Virus record (IMG/VR): IMGVR_UViG_3300045741_000352
Span: 6,490-70,489 of that record
DNA: 64,000 nucleotides
Direction: 5' to 3' (one strand)
Origin: a virus
Position numbers and translations under genes: made by a program. Below are positions 27,249 through 37,779 of the stretch, in pieces. Each line of letters starts with the position of its first letter. The stretch's first letter is position 1. The notes beneath the pieces are model-generated. The model saw only the letters and a program-made list of their open reading frames with translations, did no database searches and was not told where the DNA came from.

Positions 27249-27923
27249 GTGCTCGCTACGACACTCGCTGCCCAACTACGTACCAGAGTGCAAACGTTGA
27301 AACTCGTTGATGAACAGACGGGTTTTCTTGATGAAGATGAGTTGGAGCAGTACATTGGTATTGCGATTACCTATCTAACATCGCTGTATCAACTGCAACA
27401 TTTCATTGACATCAATCGTGAGCTGTTTCGCACGACGGCTAACGTAGAAACATATGAAATTCCAGAAAATCTTGGTTTTTGGGCACCAGAGCAGACAAGG
27501 CAGTCCGGGCTCGCTGTGCGTCAAACGGACAACGAAAATCAAATCACGAATCTGGAATACTACGACCCTGCACGTTTTAATTTGTATCGTACAGGGACAA
27601 CAGGCAAACCGGCGTGGTTCACTTTTGCGAATAATCTGATGTGGCTTCAACCTGTACCTGATACAGTGTACATCATTGAAGCAATTCTTCGTCCTGTGCA
27701 TGACAATATGGACATACCAGATGCGTATGCACCGGCAATCGGCATTCAAACTCTCTATCAACTTGCCTCGGATAAAAACAAACTTACACCACAGTTGCAA
27801 GATGAACATACAAGGCTTGTACGTACTTTAGTTAACAATGAAAGTCGCTTTCGTCAAAGATTTTACACATCACGCGAGCGCATAGGTTTCGGCAGAGGGC
27901 GGAGGCGTCGGTATGGCTACTAA
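27249..27923 (+). CDS. adaptor-like structural protein, paralog 1
   Basis: GTG at 27249 follows taggagtg, within track ORF 27222..27923. It shares an architecture with 29799, 30997 and 31650 (Y.lP...., P.wF......lwL.P.Pd..Y.i). Confidence 0.5.
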   Translation: MLATTLAAQLRTRVQTLKLVDEQTGFLDEDELEQYIGIAITYLTSLYQLQHFIDINRELFRTTANVETYEIPENLGFWAPEQTRQSGLAVRQTDNENQITNLEYYDPARFNLYRTGTTGKPAWFTFANNLMWLQPVPDTVYIIEAILRPVHDNMDIPDAYAPAIGIQTLYQLASDKNKLTPQLQDEHTRLVRTLVNNESRFRQRFYTSRERIGFGRGRRRRYGY

Positions 27924-29790
27924 TGGCGAATCAATTATAACATTACCGAGTACCACACCAAATAGTTCGAGTTATAGTACATCACGAACATGGATGCAGC
28001 AAGAAATTGCCGCTGTACTTGCACGGTATCTCGTACATAAAGGTTTTGTATATTCAGGTGGTATACATGGTACTGCGTCTGGTATGATATCGAGTGCCTT
28101 TGCGACAGAAGCATTCACATCAAACCATAATCGTATACGTGCGGGTGTAGGAGGTGTGGGTGGAACGGCTGCTATCAACTACAGTGCCATGGGAGCTGCT
28201 TCAAATGACACAGCATGGGTAGTCATTTGTGCGGCACAGGGTAACAGTTTTAATAATTTTTCACGTGTAACAGGTACGAACTATTTTGTTGATGTAGTGT
28301 CTACTACACAGCCAACATGGCCTGACGACAGTACGCCGCTTATGAAGGTGACTATTAGTGGTGGGAATATCACTGCGGTGCTTGATTTACGCTATCCCGC
28401 GTCCTTTGTGTTGTTTGGTCGGTATGATGTAACAGATGCACTTTACGGGGCCGTGGGTGACGGGATAACAGATGATACGTCGGCCTTTGTAGCAGCGTTG
28501 GCTGCGTATGGCTCCGGTTTTCCGAATCCGGCTGGTGTACCACCGCTCACATCAAATCCACCGACAGTTAGTATTGAAGGTAAACTCGTTTTTGTTCCGC
28601 GTGGTTGGTACAAGGTTTCAAGTACACTCACTGTCCCTAAGAATACTATTCTACAGGGTCAGGGCATGGATGCTTCACGTATTTTGCAGTTTGGTAACAT
28701 TGATCAAATTATATTGAGTGATAACAGCCATTTATATGACTTGGGTTTAGTTGGTGGCGGTTCTCTTGGATACACAGGTCGTGGTATTGTGATTCCTGAA
28801 GGTCACTTCAATGGTGGGTATCAACGTATCGAACGTTGCCGTGTTGAAGAACATCTTAACTTTTGCCTTGAATTGCCACAAGCGGCTGACCCTCTTAATA
28901 ATACACCGGGAGCATATCTTACACTTCGTGATTGTTTTATGGGTCGATACGATGGAGCAACTTTCGATGCTACCATTCGTGAAGCTGTGAAATTACCTAA
29001 TTCAGACGCAACTGGTGGTATTAAACGTACTTTTGATAATTTGATTACTTACGGTTTTCGTGGTATCCACTTAGGCGGCTCTACTCTCACGTCAGTGTAT
29101 AATTGCCGCATGGGTAGTATAGTTTTCACAGCAAACACCTCAAAATGTGTCGTACAAAATTGCAGAATTACTGGTTTTGAAAAACTGACGGGAACTGAAA
29201 ATGTAGTGGCGGGTAATATCATTGGAAGTAACCCAAATGCAGATCACATCACACTTGATGCTAACGCATTTTATTGCCGCCTTGGTCCTAATGCATATGG
29301 AAATGAATTTACAAGCAGCCCACGTGCACAACCGTTAGATAGCAGCGGTAATAATACTAATTGGCTCATTATTGTTGATCTTGATTATGCAATGCCATGG
29401 AAAGCAGACACAGTTGATCCAGTTATAGGAAACGGATCAATTGTATCGACATATTCACGTGAAGGTCATACTGTAACATGGACAGGTCATATTACTATTG
29501 GATCGACAACGACACTCGGAACGGGTAACTGGTATTTCACACCGCCGTTTCCTGCATATCCATCAAATACAACTGCACGCGCTACAGGTACTTTTTATAC
29601 GACACGTGACAGCGTGTCGTATCGTATTGGAGTGTGCCGTATTATTTCAGGTGCAGGGAGTCCTGGTCAATTGTATTGCTATACAGAAAACCAGGAGGGA
29701 GTGCTTCATTCTACGGTTCCTGCTGCATGGTGGATTGCAGGTGACACCTTGGATTTTACAATCACCTATAACATGGCAGCAACACCATAG
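27913..29790 (+). CDS. tailspike/depolymerase-like pectate-lyase-superfamily protein
   Basis: 625 aa. YDVTDALYGAVGDGITDDTSAFVAAL is the classic GA.GDG.TDDT.A motif of Pectate_lyase_3-type beta-helix proteins. Confidence 0.75.
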   Translation: MATNGESIITLPSTTPNSSSYSTSRTWMQQEIAAVLARYLVHKGFVYSGGIHGTASGMISSAFATEAFTSNHNRIRAGVGGVGGTAAINYSAMGAASNDTAWVVICAAQGNSFNNFSRVTGTNYFVDVVSTTQPTWPDDSTPLMKVTISGGNITAVLDLRYPASFVLFGRYDVTDALYGAVGDGITDDTSAFVAALAAYGSGFPNPAGVPPLTSNPPTVSIEGKLVFVPRGWYKVSSTLTVPKNTILQGQGMDASRILQFGNIDQIILSDNSHLYDLGLVGGGSLGYTGRGIVIPEGHFNGGYQRIERCRVEEHLNFCLELPQAADPLNNTPGAYLTLRDCFMGRYDGATFDATIREAVKLPNSDATGGIKRTFDNLITYGFRGIHLGGSTLTSVYNCRMGSIVFTANTSKCVVQNCRITGFEKLTGTENVVAGNIIGSNPNADHITLDANAFYCRLGPNAYGNEFTSSPRAQPLDSSGNNTNWLIIVDLDYAMPWKADTVDPVIGNGSIVSTYSREGHTVTWTGHITIGSTTTLGTGNWYFTPPFPAYPSNTTARATGTFYTTRDSVSYRIGVCRIISGAGSPGQLYCYTENQEGVLHSTVPAAWWIAGDTLDFTITYNMAATP

Positions 29791-29798
29791 GGATACGC

Positions 29799-30410
29799 AT
29801 GTCACTCAAGTATAGTGATCTTCTTGATATTATGGAGCAACGTGCAGAGCGCTTAGGGCTTATAGATGTTGATGAGGGTCGCGCTGACTCAGTTGAACTC
29901 ATGTTGTATGTATTTCAAGCATTACTTGAAATAGTTGAATCAGCAGATATTCCAGCGTATATGACATACGACGCACTCATTGCACAGACTACAACAGGCA
30001 AAGCTGACTACAATCTACCAGATGAATTTGGCAGACTTATCCTTCCCCGTGTACACAATAAACGCGGTTTTTATTTATTCGACACTGTGAATAATGTTCA
30101 ACTTGAATACATGGAGCCGCCTTCTTTTTTTGCACGTACAGAAATGTCAAATAATGTACCAATTTTTTTTACTGTAGCAGAAGAAAAAATGTGGCTTTCA
30201 CCACCGCCTAATGGTGTATATACTATAAGGGCGACCTACATCAAGCAAATAACACGACCAGAACTTGATGACACAGTTACGCTGCAATATCCAACAGCAC
30301 TTATTGAGACAGCGTTACAGCGTTTTGCAACTGATGTAGGTAAACAAGCACAGGGACTCACCACATCAAAACAAGAGTCCCTTGTGCGTCTCACACAGGG
30401 AAGCAGGTAA
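29799..30410 (+). CDS. adaptor-like structural protein, paralog 2
   Basis: 203 aa with ADYNLPDEFGRL ... PIFFTVAEEKMWLSPPPNGVYTIRATY, the same layout as paralog 1. Confidence 0.5.
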   Translation: MSLKYSDLLDIMEQRAERLGLIDVDEGRADSVELMLYVFQALLEIVESADIPAYMTYDALIAQTTTGKADYNLPDEFGRLILPRVHNKRGFYLFDTVNNVQLEYMEPPSFFARTEMSNNVPIFFTVAEEKMWLSPPPNGVYTIRATYIKQITRPELDDTVTLQYPTALIETALQRFATDVGKQAQGLTTSKQESLVRLTQGSR

Positions 30411-30625
30411 TGACACCTCTTAAATCATCGGCCATCGCCAGTTCGGATTACAATCCTGTGGACAAAACACTCAGTGTGACTTTTAATAGCGGCGACACAT
30501 ATGTATACAATGGTGTCCCACAAGAAGTAGCCCAGGGATTGAATAGAGCTGAATCGGCTGGCAAATACTTTCAAACAGTTATCCGTGCAAATTATGTCGG
30601 CGCGAAACAGAAGGAAGAAAGCTGA
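30410..30625 (+). CDS. KTSC domain protein
   Basis: 71 aa. SSAIASSDYNPVDKTLSVTFNSGDTYVYNGVPQEVAQGLNRAESAGKYFQTVIR matches the KTSC pattern (S..I....Y......L.V.F..G..Y.Y..VP......L..A.S.G.YF...I). Confidence 0.8.
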   Translation: MTPLKSSAIASSDYNPVDKTLSVTFNSGDTYVYNGVPQEVAQGLNRAESAGKYFQTVIRANYVGAKQKEES

Positions 30626-30996
30626 TGTCAGGAGTTGCACGTGCAGAAGCGAAACTCACCGTAGACAGCAATCAAGGTATAGCCGGACCATTTTCTGTGT
30701 TGTGTGCTGAATCAGTGACGAATTGGGTTGGACCTTTTACAATTCAAATCGCCACTGGTGCATCAGAACAATCTGTTATTGTTATAGGTACGCAGGGACT
30801 CACGACAATCACAGATATTATGATCACATCAGATACAGCTATTTCAGTGACGTATGGCGCGGCGGCATCAAATGTCCCTGTACCACTTGGTGCAAACAAA
30901 GTGCATCTTGTAACAGGAACAAGTTTGACAGCGTTGTCAATTACGAATGCGTCAGGTGTTACAGCGACGGTAACGTATCTCGTTGCAGGTGCGTAA
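30625..30996 (+). CDS. hypothetical protein
   Basis: Track ORF of 123 aa, coupled to the upstream stop (ATGA-type overlap). Confidence 0.5.
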   Translation: MSGVARAEAKLTVDSNQGIAGPFSVLCAESVTNWVGPFTIQIATGASEQSVIVIGTQGLTTITDIMITSDTAISVTYGAAASNVPVPLGANKVHLVTGTSLTALSITNASGVTATVTYLVAGA

Positions 30997-31653
30997 ATGA
31001 CGACAGCGGAGCTTATTCAATACGTATCAATAAAGCTCGGAGAACAGACTGCGTTCTACACACAAGATGAGATCGTGAAGAACGGCCTGAATCCGGCCCA
31101 ACGTTTACTGTGCCTGGCACACCCCCGTGTGCTCAATCAACGTGCGGTATTTACCATAGGCGCAGAGCGGCCATTCGTTGATCTTCGTCTTGTGCAAAAC
31201 AGTAATGGTGATATCGTCGGGAACCGTGTACGCAAAATTAACCGGGTTGTACTTGGTGACGTGAGTGATGATGTGGAACTTCCGAGTAGTACAACGGGGG
31301 AGCTACGAAGGTTGCGAAGCACCACACTCACGGCTCTCATTACAGAAAAAAACTGGCTCAAACAACGCGGAGAAGTGCGACGTTACTGGCAATGGGGTAA
31401 AGTGTGGCTCGGTGTGTATAAACGACCCGTTGTTGACACAACAGTAACACTCATTTATGAAAGTATGCCAACACCTTTGAGCATAGACAACCCTGACGTG
31501 TCCCCAGATGTGCAGGATGTCTATCACACAGTTATTGCTGAAACTGCTGTTGGATTACTTATCACAAAAGAAGGCGCACCAGACGGTGTTCGTGGTGTAC
31601 AAAAAGTAATGCAAGCACTACAAATTCAACAAACAACAGGTGTTACAGCGTGA
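30997..31653 (+). CDS. adaptor-like structural protein, paralog 3
   Basis: 218 aa with RYWQWGKVWLGVYKRPVVDTTVTLIY, the same layout as paralogs 1 and 2. Confidence 0.5.
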   Translation: MTTAELIQYVSIKLGEQTAFYTQDEIVKNGLNPAQRLLCLAHPRVLNQRAVFTIGAERPFVDLRLVQNSNGDIVGNRVRKINRVVLGDVSDDVELPSSTTGELRRLRSTTLTALITEKNWLKQRGEVRRYWQWGKVWLGVYKRPVVDTTVTLIYESMPTPLSIDNPDVSPDVQDVYHTVIAETAVGLLITKEGAPDGVRGVQKVMQALQIQQTTGVTA

Positions 31654-32279
31654 CACAGGTAAGAGATCAAATAGAACGCATACAGTGGTTGTTGCAAGAT
31701 AATAGTACATCGCCAACAATAAAAGAAACTATTATCGCAGCACACCGAGACAGCGCACAGCGGCTTGCACGCCATAATATGTTTACACAAATTCAATGGA
31801 TAAACGCTGTAGCAAATCAATCATTGTACACGCTGGATATGCCAGCGGTCGATGTGATATATGTTCTGTATGACGAACGTGTGTTGCGTTATGCGTCAGA
31901 AAACGCTCTGGATCGCTTCGTAGGTACATGGGAAAGTCAGAAAAGCCAACCGGAATACTGGACACAGGACAATCAAAATCCTAATATCATTCGGATTGTA
32001 CCTGCACCTCAAGCCACAGGAAGCGCGGTGCCGGTGTATCCATCTCCTCTCATACAAGACACACGCGGCAATTTAATCATATTTTACGTCGAAGATGTTG
32101 AATCACAAATTACCGCAGAGGACAACACACTACCGACCTTACTTGATTGGGATGATGTGCTGGTGTGGGATACAACACGGATGCTCGCAGAACGTGAAAC
32201 ACATACACAAAATCTACCAGTTGCACAACTATGTAAGCAATTAACAGATTTGTGGATGCAACTCATGGAGAAAAAATAA
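31650..32279 (+). CDS. adaptor-like structural protein, paralog 4
   Basis: 209 aa with PEYWTQDNQNPNIIRIVPAPQATG, the same layout. Confidence 0.5.
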   Translation: MTQVRDQIERIQWLLQDNSTSPTIKETIIAAHRDSAQRLARHNMFTQIQWINAVANQSLYTLDMPAVDVIYVLYDERVLRYASENALDRFVGTWESQKSQPEYWTQDNQNPNIIRIVPAPQATGSAVPVYPSPLIQDTRGNLIIFYVEDVESQITAEDNTLPTLLDWDDVLVWDTTRMLAERETHTQNLPVAQLCKQLTDLWMQLMEKK

Positions 32280-32482
32280 TGGCACGTAAAAAAAGCTCAA
32301 TGATGATGTATGAGCCCACACCGCAAGATCAAATGGATTACGCCATGAACAGTGCAGTTGAGAAAGCGGTGTTGAATCACCCACACACAATTAAATTGCG
32401 TAAAACCATTGAAAAGGAAATGCAGAAAGCGGCAAAAGTTATGCCTCAACAGAACAAAGTTACAACTGCGAAGAAAAAGTAA
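32279..32482 (+). CDS. small hypothetical protein
   Basis: ATG at 32279 overlaps the upstream TAA (TAATG), within track ORF 32252..32482. Confidence 0.4.
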   Translation: MARKKSSMMMYEPTPQDQMDYAMNSAVEKAVLNHPHTIKLRKTIEKEMQKAAKVMPQQNKVTTAKKK

Positions 32483-33382
32483 ATGGCACAAACGCAGTCA
32501 CTAGGTAATCCACAAATTACAGGTCAAACTCTTGAAGATTTGCAGCGTTCAACACAATTTTGGATGCAGCAAGTTTTTAATCATCTTGATCGTATGACAG
32601 GTTTGCGTGGTACACCAAAGTTATACAATAACCTTGATGCGAATGGCATGACGCTGCAAAACATTGGAAATGGTGTCAATCCGACAGATGCAGTCGCACG
32701 TCAACAAACACTTGTGCTTACAATGGACCCGCAAAATGGTATACCACAATTTGATGCACAGGGGATCGGCATCTTCAATGCTGCGAATGCAGATCATTCT
32801 ACTGATCTTGTTACACTTCAACAACTTATTCAAACTATCAACGATTCTATAACAAACGCTGGTATGGGCGCATCGTTTGTAACCGTCAATGCGGAGCCAC
32901 TACTTACAAACGAACGTCAAGCTGCGGTCGAAGCCACTGTGCTAACATTGACAGACGGTGGTGCAGGTAGCACTCTAACGTGGGCTGTGGCGGCTAACGG
33001 GATTACTAATGCTAAGTTACGTCAAGGTGCAGCTACGTCGATTATGGGTCGCTCTGCGAACTCTGTAGGCAACGTCGCTGATATCGCAGCATCTGCAGAT
33101 GGTCAAATTTTAGTAAGACAGGCAGCGGCACTTACTTTTACTGCAACGCCGACGATTACAGGTCCGGTAATCATTGGTACTGATCCAGGTGGTGCCAACA
33201 CACTGCGTATCGGAGGGGCGCTGACAATCAACAGTGCAACGATGATTAGCACGAAAACGAGCTTCACGAATGGTGCAGCCGCAGCCGCAGGAACATTGCT
33301 TAACGCACCAGCAGCGGGAAATCCTACGAAATGGATACCCGTAGACGATAACGGTACAACACGCTACATACCGGCATGGTGA
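32483..33382 (+). CDS. tail fibre-like protein
   Basis: 299 aa. The N-terminus resembles an attachment region and the middle is Ala/Gly/Thr-rich. The C-terminal end is NPTKWIPVDDNGTTRYIPAW. Confidence 0.55.
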   Translation: MAQTQSLGNPQITGQTLEDLQRSTQFWMQQVFNHLDRMTGLRGTPKLYNNLDANGMTLQNIGNGVNPTDAVARQQTLVLTMDPQNGIPQFDAQGIGIFNAANADHSTDLVTLQQLIQTINDSITNAGMGASFVTVNAEPLLTNERQAAVEATVLTLTDGGAGSTLTWAVAANGITNAKLRQGAATSIMGRSANSVGNVADIAASADGQILVRQAAALTFTATPTITGPVIIGTDPGGANTLRIGGALTINSATMISTKTSFTNGAAAAAGTLLNAPAAGNPTKWIPVDDNGTTRYIPAW

Positions 33383-33385
33383 GAT

Positions 33386-33541
33386 ATGATCACACTTATT
33401 GATGTCGTTCAACTGTGTATTCAGCTCATTCAACGTGCGGAAAAGGCCGAAGAACAGATAAAAGAACTCAAAGCGCAAATTGCAAGTAACTATCACATTT
33501 GTGAAAATTGTCAACGTGTTTTATCGGAAACAATGCCATGA
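33386..33541 (+). CDS. small hypothetical protein (51 aa, below the track cutoff)
   Basis: Hand translation gives MITLIDVVQLCIQLIQRAEKAEEQIKELKAQIASNYHICENCQRVLSETMP. Its stop overlaps the next ATG (ATGA). Confidence 0.35.
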   Translation: MITLIDVVQLCIQLIQRAEKAEEQIKELKAQIASNYHICENCQRVLSETMP

Positions 33542-33750
33542 GTTTTCAAACACAAGAATTTATAATACACAGATTTGAACTTAATTTTGATGAATACACA
33601 TGGATATGTGTACCACCTAAAATAACATCAAATTCACGAGACGTGTGTAGTGGTTGCGGTACAAAAATAACATATAGAGATGTAGAAAAATTTCAAACAA
33701 ATCAATTAAATGTAATAGCTTTTCTAAAAGCTGCGAAAACAGCATCATAG
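33538..33750 (+). CDS. small hypothetical protein
   Basis: ATG at 33538 (MSFQTQEF) within track ORF 33508..33750. The segment is visibly AT-rich. Confidence 0.4.
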   Translation: MSFQTQEFIIHRFELNFDEYTWICVPPKITSNSRDVCSGCGTKITYRDVEKFQTNQLNVIAFLKAAKTAS

Positions 33751-33760
33751 AAAGCATATT

Positions 33761-36460
33761 GTGCCTTTTCAATCATTTCATATACCAAGATGGACACGCG
33801 GTGCTACACTTATCGGTGAGCCCGATGCAATTCCTGATGACGCTCTGCGTCATGCTGTCAATGTACGCCTTGACCGTACACTTGGAATTGTCGAGGCACG
33901 TCCGGGTTGGACGTTAAAAACTGCTGTAGCATTGAGTGGATCAATTTCATATATTTCAAAATTATTTAGCACTTCTTTAACGTATGCATACGCCCAGGTA
34001 AGTACATCACTGTACAGGCTAACTTCATTATGGGTTGCCCCGACTTTGATTGCTACCATAGCTGCGGATACGTTATCTGACGCAAACAGCCCGGATGGGA
34101 ACGGACACTTACTCAAGTATTTTGTGAATAGTACCACGGCACTTAAAGACGATGGTACGACGACAACGACTATGGGCATAGCGCCGCCAACAGCAGCGCC
34201 TACATCAGCGGCACTTGCCACAGATTTGAAAACCACCATTGATGCCATGAATAATGCAGCAAGCTGGACTGGAAGTGGCCTCAGTGCTGGACCTGCTGAT
34301 GATACAACGCAATATCAAGAAAATGGCAACAGTGTTTCTTTTTCAATTGCTGCATCGACGTTTGGGAGTATCGCGCAGTTTCTTGGTGGTGTCGTTAATC
34401 TGGATACTCTCACAGGTGGTGACAATCTTGTCAAAGATGATGATTATATTTTTTTATGGGTGAGAGCAGATAGACCTGAACGTGTAACTTTTATGCAAGT
34501 TGACGTTGACGTTGATTCAACATCAACGGGTGTTGCAGATTCTTTTCGTCATAACTATTACTCGGTACGTCTTGGCGGCACAATAACACTGTCGCAAGGT
34601 ATTAATGAGTGGACAAAAGTACAGATTCGCAAATCATCATTTGCTCGGTACGGCACAGATACGTCACGTAGTTGGGCACACGCACGTGGATTTCGTATTG
34701 GCTTTCTCACCAATTCACAGGGGACGGTAGCTTTCAATGTTGATGATTTTAAGTTACGAGGTGGTGTGGGCATTGAAGGTGACATCGAGTATACAGTCAC
34801 ATACCGTAATTCTTCCACGGGCGCACGCGGTAATCCGCCCAAAGACAGTGACGGCATCGTACAGTACACCACGGCAATCACCACGGATCGCCAGCGGATC
34901 AACCTCACAACAACCAATGTAATTCAGGGTGGTGCGAACCATCCAGGTGATGCACAGATTGACAAACTCATGATATGGCGTCGTGGAAGCGCATTTACCA
35001 CCGCTGTGCTTGTTGATACTATTAGTGACACCGTAGCGAGTCCGTATCTTGATGACAATTCTGACGCCACACTTGTGCTCACAAATAAACTACTTGAGAC
35101 AGACAATGATGTACCGCCAACTGGTACGACACGTATAGTGTTCGGACCAGATGCCACCGGGCATTTTTTTATGATCGTCAATGGGTATCGTCTTTATATT
35201 TCAAAGCCATACGAAGATACGGAGAATCGTGTTGAGAACTGGCCTGCACTTGGTTTTGCACTCGTTGGTGACGGTTCATCACGTGCGGTAGCAGGCATAG
35301 CAACCGCAACTCAAATTCGTGTGTGGACGACAGAGCGCACATATAACGTGGTCGGCGTTGGGCAAGACACTTTTTTACCTGTCGCCATAGAAGGATCACG
35401 CGGAGCTGTTGGTAAAGATGCTGTAACAGCCGGAGACGGAGTTATTTTCTTTGTCGCACAGGATGGTATTTATATAGATGTGGGTGGTCGTCAATCAAAA
35501 CTCACTGCGGCGATTGATCCATTTTTTCAGGGACTTACTGTTGAAGGGCAAGCTGGTTTAGGTGTACCACTGTCTACAACTAAACTCCGTTTCTTGCATC
35601 AACCAAAAGGTTCGTTGCTTGTAATGACATATTCAACTGGTTTCCTTGTGCTCAAGCCAAATTTACAAAATGCTCAACTAACAGAGTGCTTTTTTTCTTC
35701 AAGTACAAAAACCACACTGGCATCATTGTACACAGATACACTGAATTTGAACCTATTAGCCGGTTGCGATGATGGTAATGTGTACCAAATTGAAGATGAA
35801 ACAACATACAATGATGCTGGTACGAGTTTAAGTATTCAAATGCGTACAAAATCGTATGATTTTGGTGATCCACAGCACTTAAAATATGTGGCATCAGCAG
35901 TCTTTGAAGGTCAGACAAATGGTCAAAATTTAACACTGAATGCCTATTACGATAGAGCCACTATTGCTCAAAGTGTGTCAACAACAGTAAATACAAGCTC
36001 TGAAATAGGCTTAGTGCCCCTCCCTGTGCAGACACCAGACACAAGGCGACGTGACGTAGCACTAGAAATCATAGGAACCGTAAGTCAACGTATAGCCATT
36101 ACGCGATTGGGTTGTCTGTATGAGCCACAACCCGAACTTCAGACATACATGGATTCGGGTATTATTTCATTCGATTTTGTACAGCAATTAAAGCGTTTTG
36201 AAGCTGATATCAATTTACAATCACAGAGCACTTTGGTGGTATATGCAGATGGTGTAGTAGTATTCAATCAAATGCTTGTTGTAACATCTGGGCGTGTAAA
36301 CATGCCCATCTATCTACCAGCAGGGATGCGAGGAAGATACTGGCGTATCACATTAACTGCATCAAGTAGTGCGTTTTTATGCTATCATTGGAGTGGGTTC
36401 TTTAAGCAGCTCGGAACAGATCAGCAGTACATAGAACGTGTAATGGTGCAAGGGGTGTAG
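33761..36460 (+). CDS. large virion structural protein (tail tube or nozzle candidate)
   Basis: 899 aa with a GTG start. Size and position, just before the internal virion proteins, parallel the tail tubular protein B of T7-like layouts. No motif recognised. Confidence 0.5.
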   Translation: MPFQSFHIPRWTRGATLIGEPDAIPDDALRHAVNVRLDRTLGIVEARPGWTLKTAVALSGSISYISKLFSTSLTYAYAQVSTSLYRLTSLWVAPTLIATIAADTLSDANSPDGNGHLLKYFVNSTTALKDDGTTTTTMGIAPPTAAPTSAALATDLKTTIDAMNNAASWTGSGLSAGPADDTTQYQENGNSVSFSIAASTFGSIAQFLGGVVNLDTLTGGDNLVKDDDYIFLWVRADRPERVTFMQVDVDVDSTSTGVADSFRHNYYSVRLGGTITLSQGINEWTKVQIRKSSFARYGTDTSRSWAHARGFRIGFLTNSQGTVAFNVDDFKLRGGVGIEGDIEYTVTYRNSSTGARGNPPKDSDGIVQYTTAITTDRQRINLTTTNVIQGGANHPGDAQIDKLMIWRRGSAFTTAVLVDTISDTVASPYLDDNSDATLVLTNKLLETDNDVPPTGTTRIVFGPDATGHFFMIVNGYRLYISKPYEDTENRVENWPALGFALVGDGSSRAVAGIATATQIRVWTTERTYNVVGVGQDTFLPVAIEGSRGAVGKDAVTAGDGVIFFVAQDGIYIDVGGRQSKLTAAIDPFFQGLTVEGQAGLGVPLSTTKLRFLHQPKGSLLVMTYSTGFLVLKPNLQNAQLTECFFSSSTKTTLASLYTDTLNLNLLAGCDDGNVYQIEDETTYNDAGTSLSIQMRTKSYDFGDPQHLKYVASAVFEGQTNGQNLTLNAYYDRATIAQSVSTTVNTSSEIGLVPLPVQTPDTRRRDVALEIIGTVSQRIAITRLGCLYEPQPELQTYMDSGIISFDFVQQLKRFEADINLQSQSTLVVYADGVVVFNQMLVVTSGRVNMPIYLPAGMRGRYWRITLTASSSAFLCYHWSGFFKQLGTDQQYIERVMVQGV

Positions 36461-36462
36461 CA

Positions 36463-37242
36463 ATGTTATTTGATCGCCTCATATACGGCTATAGATGTCA
36501 AGAAGGCGATGACGACGGAAGTAGTGGTGGTGGGGCGAGCAACAACGGTGGTGGAAGTGCCAGTGGTGGTGTAAGTAGCAGCGGTGCAGGTACTTCTGAT
36601 AATGGCGGAGATGATAGTGGTGCTGCCAATGCTCTCACCAACATAAATAACACCACTGATCCAACAGACCCCGCTGCACTCATTTCCAATGAAGATGTGC
36701 TCAAGCGTGGTCGAGAGCTTGCTATTGCTGGTGTACCTTTACAGGTTGGTAATCTATTTGATGCTATCAATCGGTTACGAGCACAGGCGAAGGGCTCTAC
36801 TGCTGAGATTTTTCCGCAGGTACTTGGTCAGCTTTCAACGATTCGTGGTACGCTCGCTGATGCGTCGTCAGCTATAAGTCGCCGTCTTGGCTACGCAGGT
36901 GGTGGACAAACTGTACGCGGGAGACAGGTGGCACTTGGACAAGCAGCAAATCAATACGGCAATCTCATATCACAGGGGCAGCAGTCTGCTTTTTCAAATT
37001 TGATTAAAAACTTAGGTGGTCTGCAGCCTGTATTATCTGGTGCAGCGCGACCACCAAACACAAGCGTATCGACTAAACCGGCTGACTTTACCAATGTAGG
37101 AAGAAGCCTGGCGGGTTTCGGGAGTGCATATAACGCTTTTGCTGCGAATTTGGATGCAAATAACGCAGCATCGACTATTGCAGGATTTAGAAACAATCCT
37201 GATATCTACAATGCCGCATTTGGCCCACCGAGTGTAGGGTAA
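36463..37242 (+). CDS. putative internal virion protein (Gly/Ser-rich N-terminus)
   Basis: Track ORF of 259 aa, tightly packed after the 899-aa gene. Confidence 0.45.
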   Translation: MLFDRLIYGYRCQEGDDDGSSGGGASNNGGGSASGGVSSSGAGTSDNGGDDSGAANALTNINNTTDPTDPAALISNEDVLKRGRELAIAGVPLQVGNLFDAINRLRAQAKGSTAEIFPQVLGQLSTIRGTLADASSAISRRLGYAGGGQTVRGRQVALGQAANQYGNLISQGQQSAFSNLIKNLGGLQPVLSGAARPPNTSVSTKPADFTNVGRSLAGFGSAYNAFAANLDANNAASTIAGFRNNPDIYNAAFGPPSVG

Positions 37243-37245
37243 TAC

Positions 37246-37779
37246 ATGAGTGACACACTTACATTAGCTACACAAAAAAAACAAGCACTTGTGGATGCGA
37301 AGATATTTGAACAATCTCATGTGCAGCGTACAGAGCAAGAACGCATGAGAGTGCGTCAAGGTATTATTGAATTTGAGCAGGCGCTTACAAAAGTACCCGG
37401 TGCGGTCCTGGGTGACTCTATGCCGCTACGCCATTCATTTGCTGATGGCTGCTACGTGAGAGAAATTCTTGTACCTAAGAATACATTAGTTGTTGGAAAA
37501 ATACACAAACACAGCCATCCTCGTTTTCTATTACGCGGTGAAGCACTTGTTTTTACAGAACATACTGGATGGCGATATTTTAGAGCGCCTTCATATGTCA
37601 TCAGTCAATCAGGTCGCAAAAGCATTTTTTTCGCTCTGGAAGACACAATCGTCGTCACTGTGCATGTTACCGATGAAACTGATCTTGAGAAAATCGAAGA
37701 CTTTGTTATTGCAAAAACATATGACGATTATGAAACTTTCAAAAAAGAACAATTAGCTCTTATGGAGCCCGCGATATGA
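37246..37779 (+). CDS. hypothetical protein, possibly cupin-like
   Basis: 177 aa. VREILVPKNTLVVGKIHKHSHPRFLLRGEALVF resembles a cupin beta-barrel core. This is a weak call. Confidence 0.4.
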   Translation: MSDTLTLATQKKQALVDAKIFEQSHVQRTEQERMRVRQGIIEFEQALTKVPGAVLGDSMPLRHSFADGCYVREILVPKNTLVVGKIHKHSHPRFLLRGEALVFTEHTGWRYFRAPSYVISQSGRKSIFFALEDTIVVTVHVTDETDLEKIEDFVIAKTYDDYETFKKEQLALMEPAI

